DNA of 64,000 bases, from positions 32,001 to 96,000 of the forward strand of contig JAZKFH010000013.1 of assembly GCA_040386535.1 (NCBI GenBank), read 5' to 3'. A program made the translations under genes and the position numbers. The notes under the pieces were generated by a model. That model worked only from the letters and a program-made list of their open reading frames with translations, had not been told where the DNA came from and ran no database searches. Shown in pieces: positions 43,376 to 53,630 of the stretch (the first letter of the stretch is position 1; each line of letters starts with the position of its first letter). Source of the DNA: Myxococcota bacterium (GTDB lineage Bacteria > Myxococcota_A > UBA796 > SXON01).

Positions 43376-44615
43376 CGCGCCGGGCGGGCCGTCGGAGCAG
43401 CGCAAGACCGAGCACGAGGAAGGCGCCCGAGCCCCCGCCGCAGCCCTCGCCGGCGCCTTCGGAGGGGGGCGGCTCCTCTTCCGGCGGCGGCATGGGCGAG
43501 GCGGTGTCCTCGTCGCACGCGTCGACGCCGTCGCAGTCCTGGTCGACGCCGTCACACTCGACCTCGGGCCTCGAGAACTTCACCGCGAAGTCGGCGTCGT
43601 CGCAGTCCGCGGGCTGCGCGTCGCCGTCGGCGGTGTAGCCGTCCCCATCCGCGTCCACGTCGTCCGCGCCGTCGCAGTCCTGGTCGACGCCGTCCCCGAC
43701 GGGATCGTCCGCGCCGGGGTAGCTCCGGCCGTCGGCGTCGTCGCAGTCGGTGTCCCAGGCCGAGCCGTCTCCGTCGGCGTCGAGGCTGTCGGCGCCATCG
43801 CAGTCCTGGTCGATCCCGTCCGCCGCGATCTCGGGCGCGCACGGGTAGATCGTCGGGTCGGCGTCGTCGCAATCGCCGGCCGCCGCGGACCACCCGTCGC
43901 GATCGACCTCGTCGAGCTCCCAGGTGGTGAGATCGACGTGCCCGTAGAGCGTGTCGTCGAACCACGCCTTCCGCGGGTAGCCGATGCACTCGATGACGTA
44001 GGTGTCGACGGCCGCCTCGTGGCCGCCGGCGCGGACCCAGAAGCGACCGTCGCCCGCCGTGTCACCCCACGACCAGTCACACGCCGGGGTGTCGATGGTC
44101 ACGGTGTCGTCGCAGTCCCCGAAGCAGGACGAGTCCGAAGCCAGGGAGAAGTCGGCGTCGGACGGCAGGTCTAGCACAGCGCCTGTCCAGGCAGCGCGGC
44201 GGACGACGCTGCCGCTCGACGCCATGCCGTTCGAGTAGGAGCTCGAGGCAAAGGCGAGGTCGAGGCGGGTCCAGGTGTCGGCCCCCTCCGGAAGGTCGAC
44301 CAGGAGGGACCAGCTCGTCGAGCGCCGGTAGTCGTTGGGCCAGTCCGTCCCGGACTCCGCCGTCTCGCGCGTGGTGATCGTCACCAGCGCGCCGATGCTC
44401 GTCGTGCAGGTCGCCTCGATGGCGCCGCTGTCCAAGGCGACCTCGCTCCACGTACAGTCCGGGTCCACCCAGGCGTCCGCGAGCGCCTGGAGCGCGGCGA
44501 ACGTGTCCTCCAGGCCCGCGTCGGTCCGGAACTGCGGCGCGTCCGGCGGCGTGTCGAGGGCCGGGCATTCCCACGGGAGGCCGGCGGCGTGAGCGGTCGC
44601 GAGGAGGAGGAGCAT
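43350..44615 (-). CDS. Secreted protein with DCDD/DQDCDG putative metal-binding repeats and a MYXO-CTERM-like tail
   Basis: Three DCDD…DG(I/V)DQDCDG units; GCGGGSGAFLVLGLALLRR. Confidence 0.85.
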   Translation of the reverse strand: MLLLLATAHAAGLPWECPALDTPPDAPQFRTDAGLEDTFAALQALADAWVDPDCTWSEVALDSGAIEATCTTSIGALVTITTRETAESGTDWPNDYRRSTSWSLLVDLPEGADTWTRLDLAFASSSYSNGMASSGSVVRRAAWTGAVLDLPSDADFSLASDSSCFGDCDDTVTIDTPACDWSWGDTAGDGRFWVRAGGHEAAVDTYVIECIGYPRKAWFDDTLYGHVDLTTWELDEVDRDGWSAAAGDCDDADPTIYPCAPEIAADGIDQDCDGADSLDADGDGSAWDTDCDDADGRSYPGADDPVGDGVDQDCDGADDVDADGDGYTADGDAQPADCDDADFAVKFSRPEVECDGVDQDCDGVDACDEDTASPMPPPEEEPPPSEGAGEGCGGGSGAFLVLGLALLRRPARRATRRTRAP

Positions 44616-44650
44616 CGGAGCACCCTACCTCACAGGATAAGAAAGCGGCG

Positions 44651-45748
44651 ATGAAGATCCTCATGGTCGCCCGTCGTTACCCGCCCGACGTGAAGAGCGG
44701 CACGGAGACGGTGTTCGCGGCGCTCTACGAGCAGGCGCGCCGCCACCACGACGTGCGGCTCGTGGTCGGCTACCGCACCGCGCGTGACCAGGTGCCCGCC
44801 GAGGCGGTCGCGGTCGATCTGCGCGACAAGGGCGCGTCCGGCTACGTCGCGATGGGGCTGGCCGCGATGCGCGAGGGCCGGCGCTTCCGCCCCGACGTCG
44901 TGTTGTCGAACTCGGTCGAGGTCGCCGTGCCGGGGGTGCCGAACGCGCTCATCGTGCACGACCTGAACTTCGGGAAGGCGACGCGGGACGCGAGCGTCAT
45001 CCTGCGCGAGCAGCTCTACAAGGCCCAGGGGAAGCGGCTCGACGCGGTGATCACCGTCTCGGCGGCGAGCCGGAACCAGCTGTTGCGCATCGGCGTCCCG
45101 GATGCGCGGATCTCGGTCATCCCGAACGGCGTGGACATCCGACGTTTCTTCGTGCGTGACGCGGTGCCCGCCGCGCCGATCGGGGCCGTGGGCATGAAGG
45201 TCCCGGCGCTCCCGCCGGTGCGGTTCGTGTACCCGGGGCGCATCCTCCCGGGGAAGGGCCAACACGCCGCCATCGACGCGCTCGGGCGCATGCGGCCCGA
45301 CCAACGCTACCGCGCCCACCTCACCATCGTGGGCGCCGTGGCCGACCGCATCTACGCGGATCAGCTCAAGGTCCAGGCCTACAACCAGCCGGTCACGTTC
45401 GCGCACGACGTGGCCGACATCGTGCCCTACTACCAGGACGCCGAGGTGGTGCTGTTCCCGACGCTGATGGAGGAGGGGTTCGGCTTCACGGCGGTCGAGG
45501 GGATGGCGTGCGGGCGGCCGGTCATCTACTACGACCAGCCCGCGATCCGCGAGGCCACCGGGGGCATCGGCGTGGCGGTGCCGCGCGACGATCCGGATGC
45601 GCTCCGCAACGCGATGCTCGCGCTGATCCACGACCCCGAGGAGCGCGCGCGGCTCGGTCGGGCGGGGCGGGCCTACGTCGAGGGGCGGGCGTGGGACCGG
45701 GTGTGGGGGCGGTACGAGGCGGTGTTGGAGGGGATCCGCCGCGGCTGA
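44651..45748 (+). CDS. Glycosyltransferase family 4
   Basis: MKILMV…YPP, IPNGVD, GRILPGKG, EGFGFTAVEGMACGRPV. Confidence 0.93.
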   Translation: MKILMVARRYPPDVKSGTETVFAALYEQARRHHDVRLVVGYRTARDQVPAEAVAVDLRDKGASGYVAMGLAAMREGRRFRPDVVLSNSVEVAVPGVPNALIVHDLNFGKATRDASVILREQLYKAQGKRLDAVITVSAASRNQLLRIGVPDARISVIPNGVDIRRFFVRDAVPAAPIGAVGMKVPALPPVRFVYPGRILPGKGQHAAIDALGRMRPDQRYRAHLTIVGAVADRIYADQLKVQAYNQPVTFAHDVADIVPYYQDAEVVLFPTLMEEGFGFTAVEGMACGRPVIYYDQPAIREATGGIGVAVPRDDPDALRNAMLALIHDPEERARLGRAGRAYVEGRAWDRVWGRYEAVLEGIRRG

Positions 45749-46294
45749 CTAATCGGAGTGGCCCTCGTCGAACATCGCCTGCACGTCGAGCGTGAAGCCG
45801 GGAAGGAGCTCCGACGTGAGGCGATCCTCAACCTCGGCGACGGTCTCGAACCCACGCACCACCTCAATCAGGCTTCGCCGTCGATCCACGATCCAGTACT
45901 CCTTCACGCCGGCTTCCCCGTACACGAGGCGTTTGGCGAGGCGATCGTAGCGGCGATCGTCGGAGAGGACCTCTACCGTCAGGTCGGGGACCCCGTGGAA
46001 CACCCCACGACGGGAGGGGAGGCCGTCGAGGAGCACGAACACATCGGGTTGGACGACACGGCCGGGCGCGATGCGCACGTCGAAGGGCGAGAGCCCGACG
46101 AAGGCGGGGCGGTGCTGGCGCGCCCAGAGCTCGAGCTCGACGTGCAGTTGCCCGACGAGGATCTGGTGAACGCTGGTGGGGGCCGGCGACAAGACGATCT
46201 CCCCGTCGAGAAGCTCGATGTGTTCGTGGCTCTCGGGGAGCTCCAGGAACTCCTCCTCGGTGACCAGCGCGGTACGGCGACGCGGAGCGGACAT
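45749..46294 (-). CDS. Uma2-family (PD-(D/E)xK) putative endonuclease
   Basis: IELLDGEIVLSPAP…HQ, VQPDV, PDLTVEVLS, YGEAGVKEYWIVD, LLPGF. Confidence 0.9.
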   Translation of the reverse strand: MSAPRRRTALVTEEEFLELPESHEHIELLDGEIVLSPAPTSVHQILVGQLHVELELWARQHRPAFVGLSPFDVRIAPGRVVQPDVFVLLDGLPSRRGVFHGVPDLTVEVLSDDRRYDRLAKRLVYGEAGVKEYWIVDRRRSLIEVVRGFETVAEVEDRLTSELLPGFTLDVQAMFDEGHSD

Positions 46295-46348
46295 GCCCTC
46301 AGTGTCACCCCTCTCCCACCCCGCGGCAAGCTCGGCTATCTTCGCTGT

Positions 46349-47581
46349 GTGTTGACCTACTTCTCCGAACGCGGCCGCGTCGACATCCACCGGGCGTGGA
46401 CCACGCGCGAGGTGCTCGAGACCATCGAGGCGATGGTGGCCGCCTGGGAGCACAAGCTCCCGGCCGACCGGCACGCGCGCATCGTCGTGAAGCCGAACCT
46501 CAACAACGACCTGGTGGCGCTGACCGGCAACTGCGTCGATCTGCGCGTGCTGGAGGGCCTGTTCGCGGCGCTGCGGCGGCGCGGGTACACCGATATCACC
46601 GTGGCCGATGGCTCCAACGTGGGCGTCGCACGCCGCAAGATCGACACCTTCAAGCGGCTGCGCGTCTCCGGCGTCGCGGCCCGGCACGGCGTGAAGGTGG
46701 TGGATCTGAACACGGACGAGGGGCGAGAGGTGGTGCTCCATCGCGACGCACATCCAGCCATCGCGCGCACCGTGCTCGACGCCGACTTCCTCATCAGCGT
46801 GCCGAAGATCAAGACCCACTGCGAGGCGGGGCTCTCGAGCGCGATGAAGAACTGGGTCGGCATCGCGGTCGGCCAGGACAAGCGCCACATGCACTACGAC
46901 CTCGGGCGCAACATCTTCGCGCTCAACGAGGTGGTGATGCCCGACCTCGTGCTGGTCGACGGGCTGGTCGGCATGGAGGGCAACGGCCCCGGGGATGGCG
47001 TGCCGTTCCGCTTCGGCCACCTGCTGATGAGTGACGACGCGTTCCTCAACGATCTGGTCGTCTGCCGCCTCGTCGACATGCCCTGGCGCGACGTGCCGTA
47101 CCTCGTGCACGCCTTCGAGTCCGGGCACCTCACGCCCGATCTGTGGGCGGACATCGTGGCGAAGGTGCCGATGGTGCGGGCGATCGAGCGCGCCCCGCCG
47201 CGGAGCCGGCTCGCCGAACTCTCCGAGGCGCGGTCGCTCACGTGGCTCAAGCTCGCGGTCCGCCCGCTGATCGAGAAGCCGATCGTCGCGGAGACCGCCT
47301 ACCGGTTGAAGATCATCCAGGACGTGTACTCCCGCGAAGACGACACGCTCCGCGTCGTCCGGCGCAACGCGGACACGTGCGGGGAGTGCCGCCGCTGCGA
47401 GGACTTCTGCCCCACCGGGCTCCCCCTCGAACAGATCGGCAAGGTGACGAGCGCCCCGGACTGCGTGCAGTGCCTGTACTGCTGGTGGGTGTGCCCCAAG
47501 GACGCGTTGGTGCTGGACGGCGAGCGCAACGCGATGGCCCGGCAGATCGAGCGGTACAAGGCGCAGATCGAGGGGTTCTAG
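46349..47581 (+). CDS. DUF362-domain protein with C-terminal 2[4Fe-4S] ferredoxin domain
   Basis: VVKPNL, SVPKIKTH, AMKN, GMEGNGP; CGECRRCEDFCP and CVQCLYCWWVCP. Confidence 0.88.
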   Translation: MLTYFSERGRVDIHRAWTTREVLETIEAMVAAWEHKLPADRHARIVVKPNLNNDLVALTGNCVDLRVLEGLFAALRRRGYTDITVADGSNVGVARRKIDTFKRLRVSGVAARHGVKVVDLNTDEGREVVLHRDAHPAIARTVLDADFLISVPKIKTHCEAGLSSAMKNWVGIAVGQDKRHMHYDLGRNIFALNEVVMPDLVLVDGLVGMEGNGPGDGVPFRFGHLLMSDDAFLNDLVVCRLVDMPWRDVPYLVHAFESGHLTPDLWADIVAKVPMVRAIERAPPRSRLAELSEARSLTWLKLAVRPLIEKPIVAETAYRLKIIQDVYSREDDTLRVVRRNADTCGECRRCEDFCPTGLPLEQIGKVTSAPDCVQCLYCWWVCPKDALVLDGERNAMARQIERYKAQIEGF

Positions 47582-47602
47582 GGCGGCTGGCCCCCGCGCC
47601 CG

Positions 47603-48331
47603 CTACCCCCGCACCCGCGCCCGCAGCACGCGCGCCAGGAACACGGTGTTGCCGACGAGATAGCGGCGCCAGAGCCGCCTCGGATCGACGAGGAGCCGCG
47701 CCAGCCACTCCTGGCGGTCGTGCAGCCAGGCCGGCCCGCGGGCCACCTTGCCGCTCACGAAGTCGGCGGTGGCGCCCGTGACCCACACGACCGGGGCGTC
47801 GATGGCCGCGCGGTTCGTCGCGACCCAGCGCTCCTGCACGGGGGTCCCCATCCCGACCAGCACGATGTCGGGGGCGAACCGGTTGATGGTCGCCACGACC
47901 GCGCTCGCGTCGTGGATGAAGCCGTGCTCGGTCGCGATCCGCAGCGTGGGATGGCGCTCACACAACCGCCGCGCGGCCTCCGCCGCCACGCCGGGCTCGC
48001 CGCCCATCCAGAAGATGCGCCAGCCCGCCGCCTCCGCGCGCGCCGCGAGGTCCCAGATCCAGTCGGCCCCGGTCATGCGCTCGGGGAGGGCCGCGCCGAG
48101 CAGCCGGGCCCCGAGGACGACGCCGCCGCCGTCACAGTAGACGAGGTCGGCCGTGTCGAGGAAGGCGCGGAGCGCGTCGTCGTGCGCGGCGACGTTCAGG
48201 ACGTGCACGTTCACGTACGCGACGGTGGCCCGGCCGCGCGCCGCGACGTGGTCGCCTACGCGCGCGAGCAGCCCGCCGCGATCGACGCTGTCCACTCCGA
48301 TGCCCAGGATGTCGACGCGACGCGCGGCCAC
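47603..48331 (-). CDS. WecB/TagA/CpsF-family glycosyltransferase
   Basis: VNVH, YCDG, ERMTGAD, VGMGTPVQERW, EWLARL…PRRLWRRY. Confidence 0.93.
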   Translation of the reverse strand: MAARRVDILGIGVDSVDRGGLLARVGDHVAARGRATVAYVNVHVLNVAAHDDALRAFLDTADLVYCDGGGVVLGARLLGAALPERMTGADWIWDLAARAEAAGWRIFWMGGEPGVAAEAARRLCERHPTLRIATEHGFIHDASAVVATINRFAPDIVLVGMGTPVQERWVATNRAAIDAPVVWVTGATADFVSGKVARGPAWLHDRQEWLARLLVDPRRLWRRYLVGNTVFLARVLRARVRG

Positions 48332-48334
48332 CCG

Positions 48335-49570
48335 CTACCGCATCTCGCCGAGGCCCCACACCCAGTAGATCCCGGCAAAACCGCTGTTCGCGTGGTTGAA
48401 CGGGATGGTGCCGCTGGGCATCTTCACGCGGCCGATGACGACGTCGGCGTATCGGCCGGTGGTCCACGAGCTCCAGGTCGCCGCGGGTACGGTGAAGCTG
48501 CCGTCGTCCCGCATGGCGCAGGTCACGGTCTCTTCCCAGGCGGAGCCGTCCGCGCTGCGCTTCATCAGGTAGGCGAGCATGAAGTCGCCCCCGGAGCCGT
48601 TCCACGTGAGGTTCAACGCGGAGCGTTGGAGCGCCGGCACGACCGAGCCCTGGAGGTTCGGGGTGGTGACGGTGAACGACGAGGGCAGCGTCAACACGTC
48701 GGTGACCTCGAACTCCGGGAAGCCGTCGGGTGTCATCGACTGCAGGTCGTACGTGCCGCCCTGGATGAACTGGGTGTTGTTCAGGGGACCGACGCCGAAG
48801 GCGAGGTTGGTCGCGCTCCACGTCATCCGGATCGACGAGCCGCTCGGAGGCGCCAGCGAGGCCGTCGCGATGCCGGGCTCGTAGTACGAGAGGGAGCCCG
48901 CGTAGGAGTACTCGGACGAGCAGGAGTCGAGCGTGCGGGAGAAGTACTCCCAGTACTCGAAGTCCGTCGGGGGGGACAGGAAGAAGGACGCCGAGCCGTC
49001 ATCCGTCGGGACGCCGTCCCAATAGGTGCCGACGGTGTCGAACCAATCCATCGACCCGATCAACCCGACCTTGCCGGTGCCGTCCTCGTAGTAGGCAAAA
49101 CCCGCCGTGAGCGTGCCCGCGCCGTCGTCGGTGGTGACGGTCACGTCGACCTCGCCCTCGGCGGACTGCGCGGGCGTCGTGACCACGATCTCGCTCGACG
49201 TGACCGACACGCGCGACGCGACGGCCGTGCCGAAGCGGATGGCGGCGCTGCTGTCGAAGGGGCCACCGGTGATGACCACCGTGCTGCCGCCGGCCGTGGT
49301 GCCGTAGGCCGGCGACACGTCCCGCACGTTCAGCAGGTCGGCGTCCGTGTCGCTGTCGGTGTCACTGTCCGTGTCGCTGTCGGAATCGGCGTCCGTGTCG
49401 GAGTCCGAATCCGCGTCGGAGTCGGCGTCCGTGTCCGCGTCGGTGTCGGCGTCCCCGTCGACCGCCGTGTCGTCCCCGCCGCCCGGCCGCCGCGGGCCCT
49501 CTTCCTCGAGGAGGAGCTCGAGCCCGAACTGGCAACCGGGCAACAGGCAGAAGAGGGGCAGGTACCGCAT
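48335..49570 (-). CDS. Lipoprotein with D-T/D-S/D-A repeat and IPT/TIG domain
   Basis: LLPGC lipobox; repeat at 49337-49459; VSPAYGTTAGGSTVVITG…FG…TPA…VDVTV. Confidence 0.85.
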   Translation of the reverse strand: MRYLPLFCLLPGCQFGLELLLEEEGPRRPGGGDDTAVDGDADTDADTDADSDADSDSDTDADSDSDTDSDTDSDTDADLLNVRDVSPAYGTTAGGSTVVITGGPFDSSAAIRFGTAVASRVSVTSSEIVVTTPAQSAEGEVDVTVTTDDGAGTLTAGFAYYEDGTGKVGLIGSMDWFDTVGTYWDGVPTDDGSASFFLSPPTDFEYWEYFSRTLDSCSSEYSYAGSLSYYEPGIATASLAPPSGSSIRMTWSATNLAFGVGPLNNTQFIQGGTYDLQSMTPDGFPEFEVTDVLTLPSSFTVTTPNLQGSVVPALQRSALNLTWNGSGGDFMLAYLMKRSADGSAWEETVTCAMRDDGSFTVPAATWSSWTTGRYADVVIGRVKMPSGTIPFNHANSGFAGIYWVWGLGEMR

Positions 49571-49617
49571 CGGGGCCAGCTTAGACCCCGCGGACCCGGT
49601 TCGCAACAAAGAGAGAC

Positions 49618-51135
49618 CTACACCGGCTCCGGTGTCACCCGGCCCGGCGGGATGGGGAGCCGCCGCTCGCGCTCGGCGAGGAAGGTGAAGAGTTTTCCGG
49701 CGCTCTGCGCCTTGTGGCGCAGATCGGTCAACGAGCCCACGTTCCGCACCTGCCACCAGAGCCCGCGCGGTGAGAGGTACTGGCCCGCGTAGGCGAGCTT
49801 GAGCGCCACGCGCAGCTCCTTCGCGGAGAGGTGGGGGAGGTTCACGATCACGTCACGGACGTTGTCGGCGGGCGTGAAGTCGCCGTCGACGAACCAGCCC
49901 TCCTTGCGCGCGATGTCGTAGAGCTCGGTCGAGGGGGCCGGCAGCGCCACGGAGAAGTGGACGAAGCGGGTGCCGAGGCGGCGCGAGGCCCGCCACGACC
50001 ACCACAGGGTCTTCCACGTCTCGTTGGGGGAGGCGCCCATGAGCACGCTCACCTCGGGCTCCACCCCGTTCTCACGGCACACCTTCACCGCCTTCTCGAT
50101 GTCCTTGACCTTGATCTCCTTGACCATGTCCTCGAGCAGGCCGTCGTCGAAGCTCTCCGAGCCCATGTAGACCATCTTGCAGCCGGCCTTCGCCATGGCC
50201 TGGATGGTCTTGGGATCGTGGAGCATGTTCGCGCGGGCGAGGCAGATCCAATGCAGGCCGAGGTGCTCGATCCGCTCGCAGATCTCCTGCGTGCGGGCCT
50301 TGCCCCAGGTGAAGATGTTGTCGGCCACCTCGACGCCCTTGTACCCGAGCGCCGCGATGTCCTCGAACTCCTGGACGATCTGATCGACGGTCCGTTTGCG
50401 GAGCGGCGGGCGGTCCACGTACCACTCGGGCTGCAGGCGCTTGAACTCGAGCTCAATCGCCTGGTCGATGGCGTTGGGGGTGCAGAACGTGCAGCGGAAC
50501 CCGCAGCCGCGGCTCACGACCATCGTGGTGATCGGGTGCACGTCGAGGCGGTTTGCGCGGTAATTTCCGCGCAACATGCGGCGATCCGGCATGGGGAGCT
50601 CGCTGACGTCGAGCAGCTTGCGGAACGGGTTGCGACGCACCTCGCCCGTGGCCGACTTCCACGCGAGCCCGTCGATCTTGTCGAGCGCGCCGCTGGCTTT
50701 CCAGGCGCGATCCAACTCGAGCAGGGTGTGCTCGGGCTCGCCCAGGAGGCAGAAACAATCCTCGTCGTCGAGGAACTCCTCGGGCTTCCACGTGGCGGCG
50801 GTGCCCATGAACACGGCGCGCATGGCGGGGTTGCGCATGCGCAGGAGCCGCATCGCCATCAGGTCCTCTTCCGCGGAGAGGTACACGGCCCACGAGCAGG
50901 CAACGTCGAACCGCTCCGCGTCCGCGAAGGCGGTGAACGCCGCGGCGTCCATCCCTTCGGCGGGGCAGTCCAGGAAACGGATGTCCCAGCCGGCCCACTC
51001 GCGCATCGCCGTGGCGACCTGGAGCAGGTGGATGGGCGGCTTGTAGTCGTACCCGAAGTTGCAGCCATACACGCGGTCGATCGGGCTCTTTCGCCGATTG
51101 AAGTCGGGCGGGGGGACGTAGAAGAGCACGCGCAT
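49618..51135 (-). CDS. Cobalamin-binding radical SAM protein (class B methyltransferase-like)
   Basis: SRGCGFRCTFC (CxxxCxxC); GEPE, DNIF, MAKAGC…GSES; N-terminal B12-binding-like domain. Confidence 0.92.
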   Translation of the reverse strand: MRVLFYVPPPDFNRRKSPIDRVYGCNFGYDYKPPIHLLQVATAMREWAGWDIRFLDCPAEGMDAAAFTAFADAERFDVACSWAVYLSAEEDLMAMRLLRMRNPAMRAVFMGTAATWKPEEFLDDEDCFCLLGEPEHTLLELDRAWKASGALDKIDGLAWKSATGEVRRNPFRKLLDVSELPMPDRRMLRGNYRANRLDVHPITTMVVSRGCGFRCTFCTPNAIDQAIELEFKRLQPEWYVDRPPLRKRTVDQIVQEFEDIAALGYKGVEVADNIFTWGKARTQEICERIEHLGLHWICLARANMLHDPKTIQAMAKAGCKMVYMGSESFDDGLLEDMVKEIKVKDIEKAVKVCRENGVEPEVSVLMGASPNETWKTLWWSWRASRRLGTRFVHFSVALPAPSTELYDIARKEGWFVDGDFTPADNVRDVIVNLPHLSAKELRVALKLAYAGQYLSPRGLWWQVRNVGSLTDLRHKAQSAGKLFTFLAERERRLPIPPGRVTPEPV

Positions 51136-51228
51136 GGGGACTCCGACGTGAGCGGGCGGCGACAGGACGGGCGGCGAATCGCGCCGAGTGTAGCCGGGTG
51201 CGTGCTCGCTCCGCGCCTCCCGGTCGTC

Positions 51229-52440
51229 CTAAGAGTGTGCCCGCGTCGACGTGATCTCTCGGTACACCGTCTCCAGGCGCGCGAGAAAGGGTGCGACGGC
51301 GCGGTCGCGGAGCACCCGCTCGCGGCCCCGGTTTCCGAGCTTGGCGGCTCGATCCGGGTCGGCCAGCAACCCGTCGACGACATCCGCGAGTCGCGTCGGA
51401 TCAGCGGGGGGGACGAGCACGCCGTCGACCCCGTCTTCGATCTGCTCGGGGATCCCGCCGACCGCCGCGGCCACCACGGCGCGCCCCGCGAGCTGCCCCT
51501 CGAGGACCGCGTACGGGAAGTTCTCCGGCCATCGCGACGGCACCGCGACGACACCCGCGTTCCGGAGCGCCGTGGCGAGCCGCGCGGGCGGCACGTTCCC
51601 GTAGAAGCGGACGTGCGCGGGCGCCTGGCGCTCGAGGCGGGCGCGCTCGGGGCCGTCTCCGTAGACGTGGAGCGGGCGGCCTGGGAGGCGGCGCGCCGCG
51701 GCGAGTAGATCGTCCACGCCCTTCTCGGGGGACAGGCGCCCGGCGTACACCCAGTGGTCGCCGATAGGCCCGCCCGCGGGCGTGGGCTCGACGGGGTTGG
51801 GGAGGTGGGTCACCCGGGAGGCGGGGACCCCGAACGCCACCAGCTGATCGGCCAGGAAGCGCGAGGGGCACAGGAATCGATCGACCTTGTCCCAGAGCCC
51901 CATCCGCGCGTGCAGCCACTTCTCGAGCGCGACGGCCGCGGACTGCGCGAAATCGTCCCGCTTGCAGCGGAGCCGCACCGCGTTCTCGTAGGCGTGGCCC
52001 TTGCAAAGCGTGCACGGAGCGCCGTGTGTGTAGAGCTGGCCGTTGGCGCAGATGAGCTCGTAGTCGTGCACGGTCCACACCACGGGCACGCCAGCGCGGC
52101 GCAGCGGCCCGAGGATCGACGGCGTGAGGTGGCGGTGCACGTGGTGCAGGTGCGCGACGTCGGGGCGGTGATCGTGCAGTAGCGCCTCGATCGCGCGCGC
52201 CGCAGCGAAGGAGTGGAGGGAGGCCGCCACCGCCGCGAGGCGCTCCACCCCGCGCACGCCCCACACGTCCAACTGGGGAGGAAACCGTACCTCCCAGGGG
52301 CTCGGTTGGTTGCTCGGGTGGCGCATGGCAAAGGGCACGACCGTGTGGCCGTGGAGCTCGAGCCCCCGCCACATGGCGAACACACACGTGGTGTCCCCGC
52401 CCCGAGGATGCAGGAAGGACGAGCAGAGGAGCACGTTCAC
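51229..52440 (-). CDS. Glycosyltransferase family 4
   Basis: GTG start overlapping the upstream stop; WTVHDY, GRLSPEKG, PSRWPENFP…E. Confidence 0.92.
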   Translation of the reverse strand: MNVLLCSSFLHPRGGDTTCVFAMWRGLELHGHTVVPFAMRHPSNQPSPWEVRFPPQLDVWGVRGVERLAAVAASLHSFAAARAIEALLHDHRPDVAHLHHVHRHLTPSILGPLRRAGVPVVWTVHDYELICANGQLYTHGAPCTLCKGHAYENAVRLRCKRDDFAQSAAVALEKWLHARMGLWDKVDRFLCPSRFLADQLVAFGVPASRVTHLPNPVEPTPAGGPIGDHWVYAGRLSPEKGVDDLLAAARRLPGRPLHVYGDGPERARLERQAPAHVRFYGNVPPARLATALRNAGVVAVPSRWPENFPYAVLEGQLAGRAVVAAAVGGIPEQIEDGVDGVLVPPADPTRLADVVDGLLADPDRAAKLGNRGRERVLRDRAVAPFLARLETVYREITSTRAHS

Positions 52441-53630
52441 GCGGCTCTCCGGTGGGACAGGCCCCATACGATCCCCAGCGGGATCCAGTGGGTCTGGGAG
52501 AAGGTCTCGGTGGAGAGGAGCAGGTTGACGTGGAGCGCCACGAACGTGGCCCAGAGGCCCACGTCGAGGTTTACGGGCGCGAGGCCGTCGGGGGCGATCG
52601 GGCCGAGGGGCGCGCGCCGCCGCAGCCGGATCGCCATCGCGCCGACGAAGCCGAGGTACCCCAGGAGGCCCACCCCGCCGTACTCGCCGACCACCTTCTG
52701 CACCGCTCCGTGCGCGTCCACACCGTTGACCCGGTAGTGCGGGAAGGTCTGCATCTCGACCCGCACGCTCGCGCCGCCGCCCATGCCGAGCACCGGGTGG
52801 TTCGCCGCCATCTCCCACGCCCGCTTGTCGAGCGAGTGGCGGGATCGCGCGGCGTCCAGCTGGACGTTCGACCGCATCAGCAGTGGCCCGTAGAGGGCGC
52901 CGAGCACGCCGAGCACCACGACGCCGGCGAGCACGCCGTTCCGGGACGCCAGCGTGCGGCCCCGCCAGACCACGACAAAGGTGAGGCCCGCGGCCGTGGC
53001 AATCCATGCGGTGCGGGAGAGCGAGAGCGCGATCGCGACGACTGCCACCCCTGCGACGGCGAGATCCACGCGCCCTCGTCGTAACGAGAGGACCAACGGA
53101 ACGAGCGGGGCGAGCGCGACGGCCAGGGTCTTGTGGTTGTTGGTGAGCCCGTCGATCGCGGCGAACCACAACGTGTTTCCGGCGGCGATGCGCCCGACCG
53201 ACGTGGCGAGAGACACGAGCGTGGCGAGCAGGACCGTCGCGAGCAGGAGCCGACGCAACGTGACACGTGTCACTACGTGTGACACGGTCCAGGCGAGCGC
53301 GATGCCATACGCGACGTAGAAGAACACCGGCTTGCGCAGGAGGAACCACGCGGCGGCGCCGCGATCGGGCACCGTGGCGAGCGCGAGGAAGCCCACGATC
53401 ACGAGCAGGGCGTAGCCGATGAGGCCGGGGGGCCGCAGAGGGGCAGCCCGTCGCCCGGAGAGCCACACGAGCGCCACGATCGGCACCAGCGCGGCGCCCG
53501 CGAGGTCGGCGAGCGGCGTGTCGAGGTGGCCCCCGAGTAGCGCGAGATCGACGCCGAGGTCGATGTAGGGGAAGGCCAGGACGAGGATGGCGACGAGCAG
53601 GACGGCCGCGCCCGCGAGAAGGGAGCTCAT
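52437..53630 (-). CDS. O-antigen ligase / Wzy_C-family membrane protein
   Basis: About 10 TMs; LSLSRTAW, SR…AW…HPVLGMGGG, DAH…EYGGVG. Confidence 0.82.
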   Translation of the reverse strand: MSSLLAGAAVLLVAILVLAFPYIDLGVDLALLGGHLDTPLADLAGAALVPIVALVWLSGRRAAPLRPPGLIGYALLVIVGFLALATVPDRGAAAWFLLRKPVFFYVAYGIALAWTVSHVVTRVTLRRLLLATVLLATLVSLATSVGRIAAGNTLWFAAIDGLTNNHKTLAVALAPLVPLVLSLRRGRVDLAVAGVAVVAIALSLSRTAWIATAAGLTFVVVWRGRTLASRNGVLAGVVVLGVLGALYGPLLMRSNVQLDAARSRHSLDKRAWEMAANHPVLGMGGGASVRVEMQTFPHYRVNGVDAHGAVQKVVGEYGGVGLLGYLGFVGAMAIRLRRRAPLGPIAPDGLAPVNLDVGLWATFVALHVNLLLSTETFSQTHWIPLGIVWGLSHRRAA

